Positions 49,776-60,593 of a stretch of DNA of 64,000 nucleotides are shown here, one piece after another. The position numbers and the translations under genes were made by a program. The stretch is from assembly GCA_002347815.1 (NCBI GenBank), contig DDXV01000003.1, positions 25,336-89,335 of the forward strand, written 5' to 3'. The notes below the pieces were generated by a model, which saw only the letters and a program-made list of their open reading frames with translations, made no database searches and was not told the DNA's origin. The first letter of the stretch is position 1; each line of letters begins with the position of its first letter. The stretch comes from Syntrophaceae bacterium UBA2251 (GTDB taxonomy: Bacteria > Desulfobacterota > Syntrophia > Syntrophales > UBA2251).

Positions 49776-51149
49776 TCACGATGCTTTATTGGACAGCTTG
49801 TCGATCCGGTAATGCAGGGAGTCCAGCGTGATATTCAGGAGGTCAGCCGCCATTTTCCTGGATCCGGAGGTTTTCTCCAGCGCCGCATCGATATAGGCCT
49901 TTTCCACGCGGGCCAGCTCCCGGTTGAGATGGATGCCCTCCGGGGGGATATCGATTCCGGCGCCTGGCGCCTCGAAGCGGGTGGCGCCGTTCGACAAAAC
50001 GAGATTTTCCGGGAGGATGATGCTCGAGGCCTCCAGGGCAATCGAGCGCTCGATGATGTTTTCCAGTTCGCGGATGTTGCCGGGGAAGGGATAATCGACG
50101 AGGAGCTCCAGGGCGTAGGTGGAGATATTCTGGATCTTCTTCCCGAATTGCCGGGAGTACTTCTCGATGAAGTGACGCGTCAGGATCGGGATGTCGTCCT
50201 TGCGCTCACGCAGCGGCGGGATGTGGATCGGAATCACGTTCAGTCGGTAATAGAGATCCTCCCGGAACCGTCCTTCGTGGACCCGCTGGTGGAGATCCTT
50301 GTTGGTCGCGGAGATGATGCGAACATCGACCCGGATGTCCTCCGTGCCGCCGACGCGGCGAAAGGCCTTTTCCTGCGTCACCCTCAACAGCTTCACCTGG
50401 AGCAGCGGGGGCAGATCCGCGATTTCATCCAGAAAGATCGTGCCGCCGCGTGCGACTTCGAACAGTCCGGGTTTATCGGCATGGGCGCCGGTGAACGCGC
50501 CCTTCATGTAACCGAACAGTTCGCTCTCGAGAAGGCTTTCCGGGATGCCGCCGCAGTTGATCACCATGAACGGCATGTCCTTCCGCGAGCTGTTCTCGTG
50601 GATCGCCAGCGCGACCAGTTCCTTGCCGGTTCCGCTCTCGCCCAGGATCAGGACGTTCACGGGCGTATCGGCAATCTTGTTGATCACGGCGTAGATCTTG
50701 ACCATCTCCGGACTGCTTCCGATCATGGCGCCGAAGCTGACGGCATTGGTCACCTCCTGACGGAACAGGGCGTCCTCGCTGCATTCGCGCCTGGCATCCA
50801 GCGCCCGCTCGATGATCTTCGTCAAGTCCTCGATCCGGAAATCCTTTTCGATATAGTCGAAGGCGCCCTCCTTCATGGCCGCAACGGCGGTCTCACCGGA
50901 GGCGTAAGCGGTGATCAGGATGACGACCGTCTCCGGTGCGATTTTCTTGGCCCGCTGCAGAAACTCCAGCCCGTCCATACGGGGCATCTTCAAATCGGTG
51001 ATGATGAGGTCGAAGGTTTCCTTCCGCAGGCCCTGCATCGCCTTGTAAGGATCCCCGTATGCCTGGACATCGTACCCTTCCCGCGTCAGCATGATCACCA
51101 GCATGTCCCGGATGTTCTGGTCGTCGTCTAAAACAAGAATCTTCGGCAT
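49776..51149 (-). CDS. sigma54-dependent response regulator (NtrC family)
   Basis: 457 aa. Receiver domain (ILVLDDD...DLIITDLKMPRMDG). AAA+ domain with GESGTGKE and GAFTGA. C-terminal Fis-type HTH. Confidence 0.93.
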   Translation of the reverse strand: MPKILVLDDDQNIRDMLVIMLTREGYDVQAYGDPYKAMQGLRKETFDLIITDLKMPRMDGLEFLQRAKKIAPETVVILITAYASGETAVAAMKEGAFDYIEKDFRIEDLTKIIERALDARRECSEDALFRQEVTNAVSFGAMIGSSPEMVKIYAVINKIADTPVNVLILGESGTGKELVALAIHENSSRKDMPFMVINCGGIPESLLESELFGYMKGAFTGAHADKPGLFEVARGGTIFLDEIADLPPLLQVKLLRVTQEKAFRRVGGTEDIRVDVRIISATNKDLHQRVHEGRFREDLYYRLNVIPIHIPPLRERKDDIPILTRHFIEKYSRQFGKKIQNISTYALELLVDYPFPGNIRELENIIERSIALEASSIILPENLVLSNGATRFEAPGAGIDIPPEGIHLNRELARVEKAYIDAALEKTSGSRKMAADLLNITLDSLHYRIDKLSNKAS

Positions 51150-51163
51150 CGCGTTCCTCTCTG

Positions 51164-52882
51164 CTAATCACTCCCGAGATCGCCGCACGGAAGGTAAATA
51201 TGGAAGGCGGTCCCCTGCCGGGGCCGGCTCTTCACCTCGATCCGTCCGCCATGTCCCGTCACGACCCGCTGGACGATGGCCAGCCCCAAACCGGTGCCCC
51301 GCTCCTTGGTCGTGTAAAAGGGCGTGAAGATCCTGTCGTGCAGGTGTTCTTCGATCCCTTCGCCCTCGTCGGCGACGATCACCTCCAGGTGCCCCCTGTC
51401 CCCTCCGGCGAGGGGGTGACGGACAATCTCGATCCGCAGATCTCCGCCTGCCGGCATCGCCTGAACGGCGTTCAGGATGAGATTCCAGATCACCTGGCGG
51501 ATCTCCGTCGCACTGGCCATGAGCGCGTCGTCGGGCGCCACCTTCAGGGACAACCGAATCCGATCATGCCAATCCGGCAGAAAGCGGACGGATTCCACCA
51601 CATCCCGAATCAGGACGTCAAGGGCGATTCTGTCGCGCCTCACGGCGGGTGCGCGGGAGAGCAGCAGAAAATCCTTGAGAAATCCCTCAAGCTGTTCCTT
51701 GCCCCGCAAGATAATCTGCATGAGTTTTTCGTCCTCGTCCTTCAGGGCGAGATCCCGTTTCAGGATCTGAATGGATCCGGTAATCGAAGCGAGAGGATTG
51801 CGGATTTCATGGGCGAGGCCGGCGGCCATCTCCCCGACCAGGGCCAGGCGCCTGCTCTCCTCGACGGCGCGCTGCATCGCCCTGACTTCCGTCAGATCCT
51901 GAAAGATCAGGATATCGCCGATGCGCTGTCCACCCGGATCGTTCAGCGTCGAGACCGAGCAGCCGATGAGGAGGCTCTGACCCCCCTTCGACCTGAAGGA
52001 AAACTGCGGTCGCCGTTCCGACACGCCTGAATCGGCGTCCGCGGGCCGGTCGAGGATTTCCAGGAAATCGGGAAAGAGCTGCCCGAGGGGTCTGTTGACG
52101 ACCTCCCGCGCAAGAAAGCCGGTGATCCGTTCCGCGCCGCGGTTGAAGGATTTGACGAGTCCGTTCACGTCCATCGTCAGGATTCCGGCGTCCACGGAAT
52201 CGATGATGCTCTGATGGAGGATATCGAGCTGATTGAAGGCGCTCTCCGTCTCTGCCAGGAGTGTTTGCGCCTTCCTTTCCTGCTCGACCACGAAACTGGC
52301 GAGGAAAACGATGATGAAGAAGGACGCGGAATAGATGAGAATCCGTGTAAAGACGTACCCGGCGGAGAAGGATTGGTCGACATACGCCATCGGATACAGC
52401 GGCGCGAGAAGCCCGAAATATTCGGAAATGAGGAGCAGTCCGTACAGGACGCTGCAGACCGAGGCGGTAATCAGGCCGCCCCGTCGCATCAGAAAGAGGA
52501 CCGAATAGATGATGACGAGCGGATAAAAGGCGGCATGGACGCTACGGATCCCTCCCGTGATGTAAACCAGGGCGGTGATCAGCAGCACGTCGGCCATGCT
52601 CTGAATGTAGACGTTGAGAATCGGTGCCCGGGTCAGCTTGAGCAGCAGGATGAAACCCATGGTGAGCAGGTAGGTCAGGATGACGATCGCGTAGAGGGAC
52701 GTCCTGGATATATCCGGCAGGAGGGCGGCGTCCCGGACATCGATCAGCGCGACGAACCCGAGCAGGAAGGTGACGATGAACAGCCGCCAGACCATGAGCC
52801 AGCGGATGCGCTTCACCAGTCTTTCCTCAACGGCCCGCGGCGCTCCCGGGACGGTTTTAGGTTGATGATCCGGAGGTTTCAC
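51164..52882 (-). CDS. sensor histidine kinase with polytopic membrane N-domain, PAS, HisKA and HATPase domains
   Basis: Six or so TM helices. PAS-like segment. H-box AAGLAHEIRNPL. N/G boxes (NLILNAVQAM, GTGLGLAIV). The longest ORF reaches 53002 but would overlap divergent comEC, so GTG 52882 behind GAAGGGA is preferred. Start is uncertain. Confidence 0.88.
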   Translation of the reverse strand: MKPPDHQPKTVPGAPRAVEERLVKRIRWLMVWRLFIVTFLLGFVALIDVRDAALLPDISRTSLYAIVILTYLLTMGFILLLKLTRAPILNVYIQSMADVLLITALVYITGGIRSVHAAFYPLVIIYSVLFLMRRGGLITASVCSVLYGLLLISEYFGLLAPLYPMAYVDQSFSAGYVFTRILIYSASFFIIVFLASFVVEQERKAQTLLAETESAFNQLDILHQSIIDSVDAGILTMDVNGLVKSFNRGAERITGFLAREVVNRPLGQLFPDFLEILDRPADADSGVSERRPQFSFRSKGGQSLLIGCSVSTLNDPGGQRIGDILIFQDLTEVRAMQRAVEESRRLALVGEMAAGLAHEIRNPLASITGSIQILKRDLALKDEDEKLMQIILRGKEQLEGFLKDFLLLSRAPAVRRDRIALDVLIRDVVESVRFLPDWHDRIRLSLKVAPDDALMASATEIRQVIWNLILNAVQAMPAGGDLRIEIVRHPLAGGDRGHLEVIVADEGEGIEEHLHDRIFTPFYTTKERGTGLGLAIVQRVVTGHGGRIEVKSRPRQGTAFHIYLPCGDLGSD

Positions 52883-52936
52883 GATATATCCCTTCGAGGA
52901 ATCGGCCTCCCGTGTGAAGCGCGCAGCAGGTGACCC

Positions 52937-55486
52937 ATGCAAAGGCCTCTCATTCCGCTTTGTCTGGCCCTTTCGGCCGGAATCGTCGCCGGGCATTATC
53001 ACCCCGTCCCGGCACCGGCGATTCCCCTGACCGTCCTGATCGCCCTGTTGGGATTGCTGCTGGCGTTCGGCCGGCGCCCTGCCGGCCGCTCCATCGTCCC
53101 CGGGCTCCTGGCCGTCTCGTTTTTCACGGTCGGCATCCTGAACGCGAATCTGAATCTCGCGTTACCCGTTTCACCTGCCCCTATAGCAAACTCTGCCGGT
53201 CCTGAAAAGGAAACGATTGAGGCAATGATCTGTGACGCCCCCCGGATCTCCCCCGACGGGACGGATCTGGTCCTCTGCGCCCTTTCGATCCTCCGGCCGG
53301 GCATCCGGCGGGGGGTTACGGGCCGAATGCTTCTGTCCGTCGGCGTCCCCGACCGCCGTTTCCGTTACGGGGACATCGTCCGCTTCCAGGCGGTCGTCCG
53401 CCCGCCACGAAATTTCCGGAATCCGGGCGGGTTCGATTACGTCCGTTATCTGAGCGACCAGGGGATCCGGGTGCGGGCCTACCTTCCCGATTCGCGCGGG
53501 CTGGTCGTCATGCGGCGGGACCAGGGACAGCCGCTCAAGACGGCCCTGGAGACCTTCCGCGCCCGTCTGAAATCCTTCATCTATGCCCACGCCGCCTCAC
53601 CGGAGGCCGAAATCGTGCAGGCCTTGATTCTGGGGGATCAAAAAGAAATCCCCGAGCCGGTCCGCGAGGCCTTCAATCGCACCGGCACATCCCATATTCT
53701 CGCCATCTCCGGTTTCAACATCGGCATCGTCGCGCTGGTTTTCGTCTTTCTTGTCCGGATAGCCCTGAAAGCCTTTCCGAATGCGCTGCTTTGGGTGGAC
53801 GCCCGAAAGGCCTCCATCCTGCTGGCGGTCATTCCCGTCGTGATCTTCACGCTCGTCGCCGGCGCCGGGATATCCGTGGTTCGCGCCGCCCTGATGGTGG
53901 TCGTCTTCATGATCGCCACCCTTCTCGACAAGGAGCGGGATCTGTACAATGCGCTGGCGCTTGCGGCCTTCACCATTTTGATGATCCGCCCTTCCTCGCT
54001 CTACGACATCTCCTTTCAGTTATCCTTTTCCGCCGTCCTCGCCATACTGTATCTCACGCCCCGGTTGATCTCCCGGGTGCCGAAACCGTCCCCGCCCGTG
54101 AGCCCGGAGGCAACCATCGCGGATCGGGCCGGACGCTGGGTGCATTCCCGCCTGTACGCCGCTGCCCTGTTCGCCGCCGCAACCGTCGGCGCGACCTTGG
54201 GAACCCTTCCCCTCGTTCTCTACCATTTTTACCGCATCTCCCTCGTGACGCTGCCCGCCAATCTTCTCGCCACCCCGATCCTGGGAATCCTCTCGATTCC
54301 GCTCAGCACGGCGCTGATCTTTCTGGTGCCGATCGCTCCCGCCCTCTCCGCCTGGATCGTGAAGATAGACGCCCTTTTGGTCCGTCTGTCCGTTACCCTG
54401 ATCGAGTTCTGCGCCTCCTTTCCATATGCCTCGGTGTACCTGTTCCGGCCGAGCCTCGTCGAGATTCTTCTCTACTACGCCTGTCTGGTCCTGGCCGCCT
54501 CGATCCTTCCCGCCTCACGTGAACCGCGTGCATTCCCCTCCCCGCCTCCCGTGCACCCTTTTACCCGGTCCCGGCGCGCCGTTGTCCTGGTGACGCTGCT
54601 GATCGTGTGGGCGGCCGTCTCCGTCTCCCTCAACCGGCAACCCCTCCGCTCCAATCTTCTGCGTCTGACCGCGATCGATGTCGGTCAGGGCAGTGCCACC
54701 CTGGTACGATTCCCCTTCGGCAAGACGATGCTGGTCGACGGCGGGGGGTTCCACGATCAGAGCTTCGATGTCGGAAAGTTCGTCACCGCACCCTATCTCT
54801 GGCATGAACGCGTGCGAACCCTCGATGTCTGCGTCCTCACCCACCCGCATCATGACCACCTGGCCGGTCTCCTCTTCATCGTACAGCATGTTCCCGTAGG
54901 CGAGGTCTGGGTCGGCGACGTCCCCGCTTCCGATCTTTCCTCGCCGCTTTACCTGGATTTTCTCCGGATCGTCCGTGAGCGGAACATCCCCCTCCGGCGG
55001 GTTTCCGCCGAGACGCCCCCCCGTACGATCAACGGCGTTACCCTCTCCATCCTGAACCCGACTTCGGTCTCTGATTCCACCGGGGCGCGGGACGACGAGG
55101 AGACGAACGACCACTCGCTGGTGATGAAAATGACCTACGGCAAGAACGCGTTCCTCCTGCCGGCGGACATCTCCGGTCCCGCCGAGGCTGGGCTCCTGAG
55201 CCGCCCCACCGATCTCGCGAGCGACGTCCTGTTCGTCCCCCATCATGGCGGCCGACATTCGAGCACGGAGGCCTTTCTGCTGCGGGTGAGGCCGCGACGG
55301 GCCGTCGTCAGTTGCGGCTGGGAAAATCGCTTCGGAAACCCGCATCCGGTCATCCTGGAAAGGTACGCCCGCCTGGGGATCCGCCTCTATCGCACGGATC
55401 TGGATGGCGCGGTGGAATTCTCCTCCAACGGACGCCGCGTCAAAACGCACGCCCCCCTTTCCGGTCGAGATCCCTCACGGCATTGA
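52937..55486 (+). CDS. comEC: DNA internalization-related competence protein ComEC/Rec2
   Basis: 849 aa. DUF4131-like N-terminus. Polytopic competence domain ([15 protein letters not shown]). C-terminal metallo-beta-lactamase domain ([12 protein letters not shown]). Confidence 0.9.
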   Translation: MQRPLIPLCLALSAGIVAGHYHPVPAPAIPLTVLIALLGLLLAFGRRPAGRSIVPGLLAVSFFTVGILNANLNLALPVSPAPIANSAGPEKETIEAMICDAPRISPDGTDLVLCALSILRPGIRRGVTGRMLLSVGVPDRRFRYGDIVRFQAVVRPPRNFRNPGGFDYVRYLSDQGIRVRAYLPDSRGLVVMRRDQGQPLKTALETFRARLKSFIYAHAASPEAEIVQALILGDQKEIPEPVREAFNRTGTSHILAISGFNIGIVALVFVFLVRIALKAFPNALLWVDARKASILLAVIPVVIFTLVAGAGISVVRAALMVVVFMIATLLDKERDLYNALALAAFTILMIRPSSLYDISFQLSFSAVLAILYLTPRLISRVPKPSPPVSPEATIADRAGRWVHSRLYAAALFAAATVGATLGTLPLVLYHFYRISLVTLPANLLATPILGILSIPLSTALIFLVPIAPALSAWIVKIDALLVRLSVTLIEFCASFPYASVYLFRPSLVEILLYYACLVLAASILPASREPRAFPSPPPVHPFTRSRRAVVLVTLLIVWAAVSVSLNRQPLRSNLLRLTAIDVGQGSATLVRFPFGKTMLVDGGGFHDQSFDVGKFVTAPYLWHERVRTLDVCVLTHPHHDHLAGLLFIVQHVPVGEVWVGDVPASDLSSPLYLDFLRIVRERNIPLRRVSAETPPRTINGVTLSILNPTSVSDSTGARDDEETNDHSLVMKMTYGKNAFLLPADISGPAEAGLLSRPTDLASDVLFVPHHGGRHSSTEAFLLRVRPRRAVVSCGWENRFGNPHPVILERYARLGIRLYRTDLDGAVEFSSNGRRVKTHAPLSGRDPSRH

Positions 55487-55568
55487 TTTTGATTGCCTTT
55501 TCAAACCCGATGTGTTAGTGAACCGCGTTCCAAAAGGGCGCCTCCAAGGCGGCCACAGGGAGAGAATC

Positions 55569-56849
55569 ATGGATACGATTCAGGCGGTTCGGGGCTTCAA
55601 GGACATTCTCCCCCCGGAGACCGGCAAATGGCAATTCATCGAGCGGCTGGCCCGGGAGGTTTTCACCGATTTCGGCTTTCTGGAGATCCGCGTCCCCATC
55701 CTGGAAAAAACGGAACTTTTCCGGCGCGGCATCGGGGAAGCCACCGACATTGTTGAAAAGGAGATGTACACGTTTCTCGATCGCGGCGACGAATACCTGA
55801 CCCTGAGGCCGGAGGCGACCGCGTCGATTCTCCGCGCCTATCTCGAGCACACCCTCTACGCGGCCGATCCGATAGCCCGCCTTTTCACCATCGGGCCCAT
55901 GTTCCGACGGGAGCGTCCTCAGAAGGGGCGCCTTCGCCAGTTTCATCAATTGGATGCGGAGATTCTCGGAATCGACGACCCCCGGGTGGATGCGGAGTTG
56001 ATCGTCATGCTCATGCATTTTCTCGTCCGCGCCGGCCTGCCGGACATTCATCTTGAAATCAATTCCCTGGGATGTCCGGACTGCCGCCCCGCGTTCCGAG
56101 ACCGGCTCATCACCTTTCTCGCCGGTAAACAGACGGCCCTGTGCGAAGACTGTCGTCGAAGGATGCTCTCGAACCCGCTCCGGATCTTCGATTGCAAACT
56201 CGAGACCTGCCGCGAGCAGCTTCTGTCGGCGCCGAAGATCCTCGATTTCCTTTGTCCCCCGTGCGACACCCACTTCCAGACATTCAGGAAATACTTGAGC
56301 ATTGCGGATATAACACCTTCAATCAACGCCGGAATGGTTCGAGGTCTAGATTATTATACACGTACGGCCTTCGAGGTCACGACGGGCGCTCTCGGCGCCC
56401 AGAACGCCGTCCTCGGCGGGGGCCGCTACAACGGTCTGGCCCGCGAACTCGGCGGCCCGGACATCCCCGGGATCGGCTTCGCCATCGGCTTGGAGCGGCT
56501 CCTGTCCCTGATCGAGCCGAACGATGCGCAACTCAGCCCCGTCCCGCACCTGTTTGTCGCCTTTTTGGGGGATCAGGCCGGGCGCGTCGCATTCGATCTC
56601 GCCAATGGTCTGCGGAAGGTCGGCATCCGCACCGAGGTCGATTACGCCGGGCGCAGCCTCAAAAGCCAGATGCGGCGCGCGAACAAGCTGAACTGCCCCT
56701 ATACCCTGATTTTGGGGGATCGCGAGATCGCCGCGGGCGAGGTGCAGTGGCGCGACATGCGGAGCAGTCTTCAGGAAACCCTTCCCCTGGACGGCCTTTT
56801 CGAGACCATCCGCGGAAAATTGCTTGAGAAAGGTCAAACACTTGTCTGA
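55569..56849 (+). CDS. hisS: histidine--tRNA ligase
   Basis: Start at [15 protein letters not shown]. Class II motifs ([24 protein letters not shown]). Confidence 0.95.
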   Translation: MDTIQAVRGFKDILPPETGKWQFIERLAREVFTDFGFLEIRVPILEKTELFRRGIGEATDIVEKEMYTFLDRGDEYLTLRPEATASILRAYLEHTLYAADPIARLFTIGPMFRRERPQKGRLRQFHQLDAEILGIDDPRVDAELIVMLMHFLVRAGLPDIHLEINSLGCPDCRPAFRDRLITFLAGKQTALCEDCRRRMLSNPLRIFDCKLETCREQLLSAPKILDFLCPPCDTHFQTFRKYLSIADITPSINAGMVRGLDYYTRTAFEVTTGALGAQNAVLGGGRYNGLARELGGPDIPGIGFAIGLERLLSLIEPNDAQLSPVPHLFVAFLGDQAGRVAFDLANGLRKVGIRTEVDYAGRSLKSQMRRANKLNCPYTLILGDREIAAGEVQWRDMRSSLQETLPLDGLFETIRGKLLEKGQTLV

Positions 56850-58620
56850 ATTCATCACCCAAACCAAAAGGACCCATTACTGTGGGACACTGACGGCCGC
56901 GGACGACGGGCGTACCGTTGTGCTGATGGGATGGACGCACCGGCGCCGGGATCATGGCGGGGTCATCTTCGTCGATCTTCGCGACCGCGAAGGACTCGTC
57001 CAGATCGTCTTCAACCCGGAGATCAGTCCGGACATCCACCGTGAGGCGCACCGCATCCGGAGCGAATACGTGCTCGCCGTCCGGGGTCTGGTTCGGACCC
57101 GCCCGGAAGGCATGCAAAACCCCGACCTGAAAACCGGAGACGTCGAGGTCATGGTCCACGACCTCCAGATCCTGAACGAGGCGAAGACGCCCCCCTTCCT
57201 CCTCGACTCCGAGGCGGAGATCTCCGAAAACGTCCGCCTGAAATACCGCTACCTGGACTTGAGGCGTCCCGCCATCCAGAAGAATCTGCTGCTCCGGAGC
57301 AATGCCGCGGCGGAAACGCGGGCCTATCTGATCGAGAACGGCTTCATCGAGGTGGAAACGCCCTTCCTCACGAAGAGCACACCTGAAGGGGCCCGCGATT
57401 ATCTGGTCCCGAGTCGCGTCAACGCGGGCGCCTTCTACGCGCTGCCCCAGTCCCCCCAGATCTTCAAGCAGCTTCTGATGGTGGCCGGCTTCGACCGCTA
57501 CTTTCAGATCGTGAAATGCTTCCGGGACGAGGACCTGCGCGCGGACCGTCAGCCGGAATTCACCCAGATCGACTGCGAGATGTCCTTCATCTCCGAAGAG
57601 GATGTCCTCCAGGTCATGGAGGGGCTGATGATCCATCTCTTCCGCTCCGTGCTCGGCATCGACCTCGACCGACCGTTTCCCCGCCTGTCGTTTCACGAGG
57701 CAATGAACCGCTACGGGAAGGACGCCCCCGATGTCCGCTTCGGCCTCGAACTCACGGACCTCACCGATCTGCTCTCGGAGACCGGCTTCGTGATCTTCCG
57801 GGAGGCCCTCGCCACCGGCGGCGTCGTTAAGGCGATCCGCGTCGATGGCGCCCAGAAGCTTTCCCGAAAGGACATCGACGGGTTGAACGATTTCGTCACC
57901 GCCCTGGGCGCGAAGGGGCTCGCCTGGGCCAGGGTCGCGCCGGACGGCTGGACCTCCCCGATCGTCAAATTCATGTCGCCGCGCGAAATATCGGAGATCA
58001 ATCGCCGGATGCAGGCAGCCGATGGCGACCTGCTTCTTCTTCTGGCGGATGCGCCCGGCCTCGTCCGCGACATTCTCGGAAATCTCCGCCTCCATCTCGC
58101 GCGGAAACTCGGCCTCATCCGCCCGGATCAACTGGCCTTCACGTGGGTCACGGAATTTCCGCTCTTCGAGTACAGCGAGTCGGAAAAGCGCTACGTCTCC
58201 ACGCACCACCCCTTCACCTCGCCGGTGGACGAGGATATTCCCCTGCTGCTGACCGATCCCGGGAAAGTTCGGGCGCGCGCCTACGACCTCGTCCTGAACG
58301 GGTCGGAAATCGGCGGCGGGAGCATCCGCATCCACCGCCAGGACGTGCAGTCGCTGATCTTTCAGGCGCTCGGACTCCCCGAAAACGAGATCCGCCAGAA
58401 GTTCGGCTTCCTCCTGGACGCCCTGGAATACGGGACGCCGCCCCACGGCGGAATCGCGTTCGGCCTGGACCGCCTGATGATGATCATGACGGGTGCGGAG
58501 TCCATCCGCGATGTCATCGCCTTCCCGAAGACGCAGAAGGCGACCTGCCTGCTCACCGATGCCCCCGGGCCGGTGAGCATCGAGCAACTGATGGAGCTTT
58601 CCCTGAAGATCGTCTCCTGA
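56842..58620 (+). CDS. aspS: aspartate--tRNA ligase (possibly non-discriminating)
   Basis: KRTHYCG...[24 protein letters not shown] fold. Class II motifs ([33 protein letters not shown]). TTG 56842 behind GAGAAAGG is preferred. TTG 56824 is an alternative. Confidence 0.95.
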   Translation: MSEFITQTKRTHYCGTLTAADDGRTVVLMGWTHRRRDHGGVIFVDLRDREGLVQIVFNPEISPDIHREAHRIRSEYVLAVRGLVRTRPEGMQNPDLKTGDVEVMVHDLQILNEAKTPPFLLDSEAEISENVRLKYRYLDLRRPAIQKNLLLRSNAAAETRAYLIENGFIEVETPFLTKSTPEGARDYLVPSRVNAGAFYALPQSPQIFKQLLMVAGFDRYFQIVKCFRDEDLRADRQPEFTQIDCEMSFISEEDVLQVMEGLMIHLFRSVLGIDLDRPFPRLSFHEAMNRYGKDAPDVRFGLELTDLTDLLSETGFVIFREALATGGVVKAIRVDGAQKLSRKDIDGLNDFVTALGAKGLAWARVAPDGWTSPIVKFMSPREISEINRRMQAADGDLLLLLADAPGLVRDILGNLRLHLARKLGLIRPDQLAFTWVTEFPLFEYSESEKRYVSTHHPFTSPVDEDIPLLLTDPGKVRARAYDLVLNGSEIGGGSIRIHRQDVQSLIFQALGLPENEIRQKFGFLLDALEYGTPPHGGIAFGLDRLMMIMTGAESIRDVIAFPKTQKATCLLTDAPGPVSIEQLMELSLKIVS

Positions 58621-58683
58621 CGCCTTTTTCTATTGACAAAGACGCGCTCGCTTTATAACTTTTACAGGTCAGGAGAATGAATC

Positions 58684-60573
58684 ATGCCTAAATGGAATCA
58701 GGAGAAGAAAGTCCTCGATCACGAACATACGCGGTTCTGGCGTTACGATCTGAAGGACATCAATGAGCCGAATCTGCAGAAGGATGTCTTCCCGTACGAA
58801 GAGATCTCCCGGATCGACTTCGACCACAAGCTCATCCCGATCACCCCGGCGGACGACCTCTTCATCACCGACACGACATTTCGTGACGGTCAGCAGGCCC
58901 GCCCGCCCTATACGGTGCGGCAGATCGTCGACCTGTTCAAGCTGATGCACCGCTTGGGCGGGGACCGGGGAATCATCCGCCAGTCCGAGTTCTTCCTCTA
59001 CAGCCAGAAGGACAAGGAGGCCGTCGCCCAGTGCCTCGCGCTGAACCTGCCCTACCCGGAGGTCACGGGTTGGATCCGGGCCAGCCGGGAGGACATCGGA
59101 CTGGTCAAGAATTCCGGCTTGAAGGAAACCGGTATCCTGACCTCGGTGTCGGACTACCACATCTTCCTCAAACTCAACATGAGTCGGAAGAAGGCCCTCG
59201 ACGAATACCTGGGCATCGTGAAGTCGATTCTGGCCGAAGGCATCGTCCCGCGCTGCCACTTCGAGGACATCACGCGGGCCGACATCTACGGCTTTTGCAT
59301 CCCGTTCGCCCTGGAGCTGATGAAGCTGCGCGAGGAGAGCGGCATCGACATCAAGATTCGCCTCTGCGATACGATGGGCTACGGCGTGACGTATCCCGGG
59401 GCCTCCCTGCCCCGCGCGATCGACAAACTGGTGCGGGCCTTCATCGACGATGCCGGCGTTCCCGGTCATCTTTTGGAGTGGCACGGCCACAACGATTTTC
59501 ACAAGGCCCTGATCAATGCCTCCACCGCCTGGCTGTACGGCTGCTCCGCGGCCAACGGCACCCTGCTGGGTCTGGGCGAACGCACGGGTAACCCTCCGAT
59601 TGAAGGCCTCATCATCGAATATATCGGGCTGAGGGGCCACACGGACGGAATCGACACCACGGTCATCACCGACATCGCCCACTATTTCGACAAGGAGATC
59701 GGCTATCGCATTCCTGCCAACTATCCCTTCGTCGGGGCCGATTTCAACGTGACCCGCGCCGGCGTCCATGCCGACGGACTCATCAAGTGCGAGGAGATCT
59801 ACAACATTTTCGACACGAGCCGCCTGCTCAAGCGTCCGATCGTGCCGATGATCACCGACAAGTCCGGCAAGGCCGGCATCGCCTACTGGATCAACTCCCA
59901 CCTCCACCTCGCCGAGGAGAGCCAGGTCGACAAGCGTCACCCCGGCATCTCCAAGATCCACAAGTGGATCCTCGACCAGTACGAGGGGGGACGGATGACC
60001 AGCATCTCCAACGAAGAGATGGAAAAACTCATCCGCAAGCACCTGCCGGAACTGTTCATGTCGGAACTGGACAAGATCAAGTACCGGGCCGCGGAGGCGG
60101 CGGTCGCCATCGTCAAGCAGGTCATCGAGCACCCGGTGATGAAGTCCATGCAGCCGGAACTCCAGGAGCCCGTGATGCTGCAGTGCATCGAGGAGAACCC
60201 CTCGATTCAGTTCGCCTATGTGGTCGACATGAACGGGAAGAAGACGACCCGCAACATCACGAACATCGCCGACCGGGTCAAGTACGAAAATTACGGCGTG
60301 GGGACGGACCAGTCGGACCGGGAATGGTTTATCCGGCCGCTTCAGACCGGCAAGATGCACGTGACGAACTTCTACATCTCCAAGATGACGGGCGCCCTGT
60401 GCATCACCGTTTCCGCGCCGATCGTCGACGAGAAGGATGAGATGGTCGGCATTTTCGGCGTGGACATCAAGTTCGAAGACTGGGTCAAGCGGGTTGAAGA
60501 CATCGCGGAAGCGACGCAGATCGCCCTGAAGGCCGAATACGAAGCGCGCGCCAAATCCGACCGCTGGGTCTGA
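58684..60573 (+). CDS. LeuA/NifV/Re-citrate-synthase-family (DRE-TIM, HMGL-like) acyl-CoA condensing enzyme with a C-terminal Cache-like domain
   Basis: 629 aa. ITDTTFRDGQQ. Metal and catalytic region EWHGHNDFHKALINASTAWLYGCSAANGTLLGLGERTGN. The C-terminal roughly 170 aa show a Cache/PDC-like pattern (DREWFIRPLQTGKMHVTNFYISKMTGALCITVSAPIVDEKDEMVGIFGVDIKFEDW). No signal peptide or TM segment. Confidence 0.8.
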   Translation: MPKWNQEKKVLDHEHTRFWRYDLKDINEPNLQKDVFPYEEISRIDFDHKLIPITPADDLFITDTTFRDGQQARPPYTVRQIVDLFKLMHRLGGDRGIIRQSEFFLYSQKDKEAVAQCLALNLPYPEVTGWIRASREDIGLVKNSGLKETGILTSVSDYHIFLKLNMSRKKALDEYLGIVKSILAEGIVPRCHFEDITRADIYGFCIPFALELMKLREESGIDIKIRLCDTMGYGVTYPGASLPRAIDKLVRAFIDDAGVPGHLLEWHGHNDFHKALINASTAWLYGCSAANGTLLGLGERTGNPPIEGLIIEYIGLRGHTDGIDTTVITDIAHYFDKEIGYRIPANYPFVGADFNVTRAGVHADGLIKCEEIYNIFDTSRLLKRPIVPMITDKSGKAGIAYWINSHLHLAEESQVDKRHPGISKIHKWILDQYEGGRMTSISNEEMEKLIRKHLPELFMSELDKIKYRAAEAAVAIVKQVIEHPVMKSMQPELQEPVMLQCIEENPSIQFAYVVDMNGKKTTRNITNIADRVKYENYGVGTDQSDREWFIRPLQTGKMHVTNFYISKMTGALCITVSAPIVDEKDEMVGIFGVDIKFEDWVKRVEDIAEATQIALKAEYEARAKSDRWV

Positions 60574-60593
60574 GTCTCCGGCACGGGGCGGGA

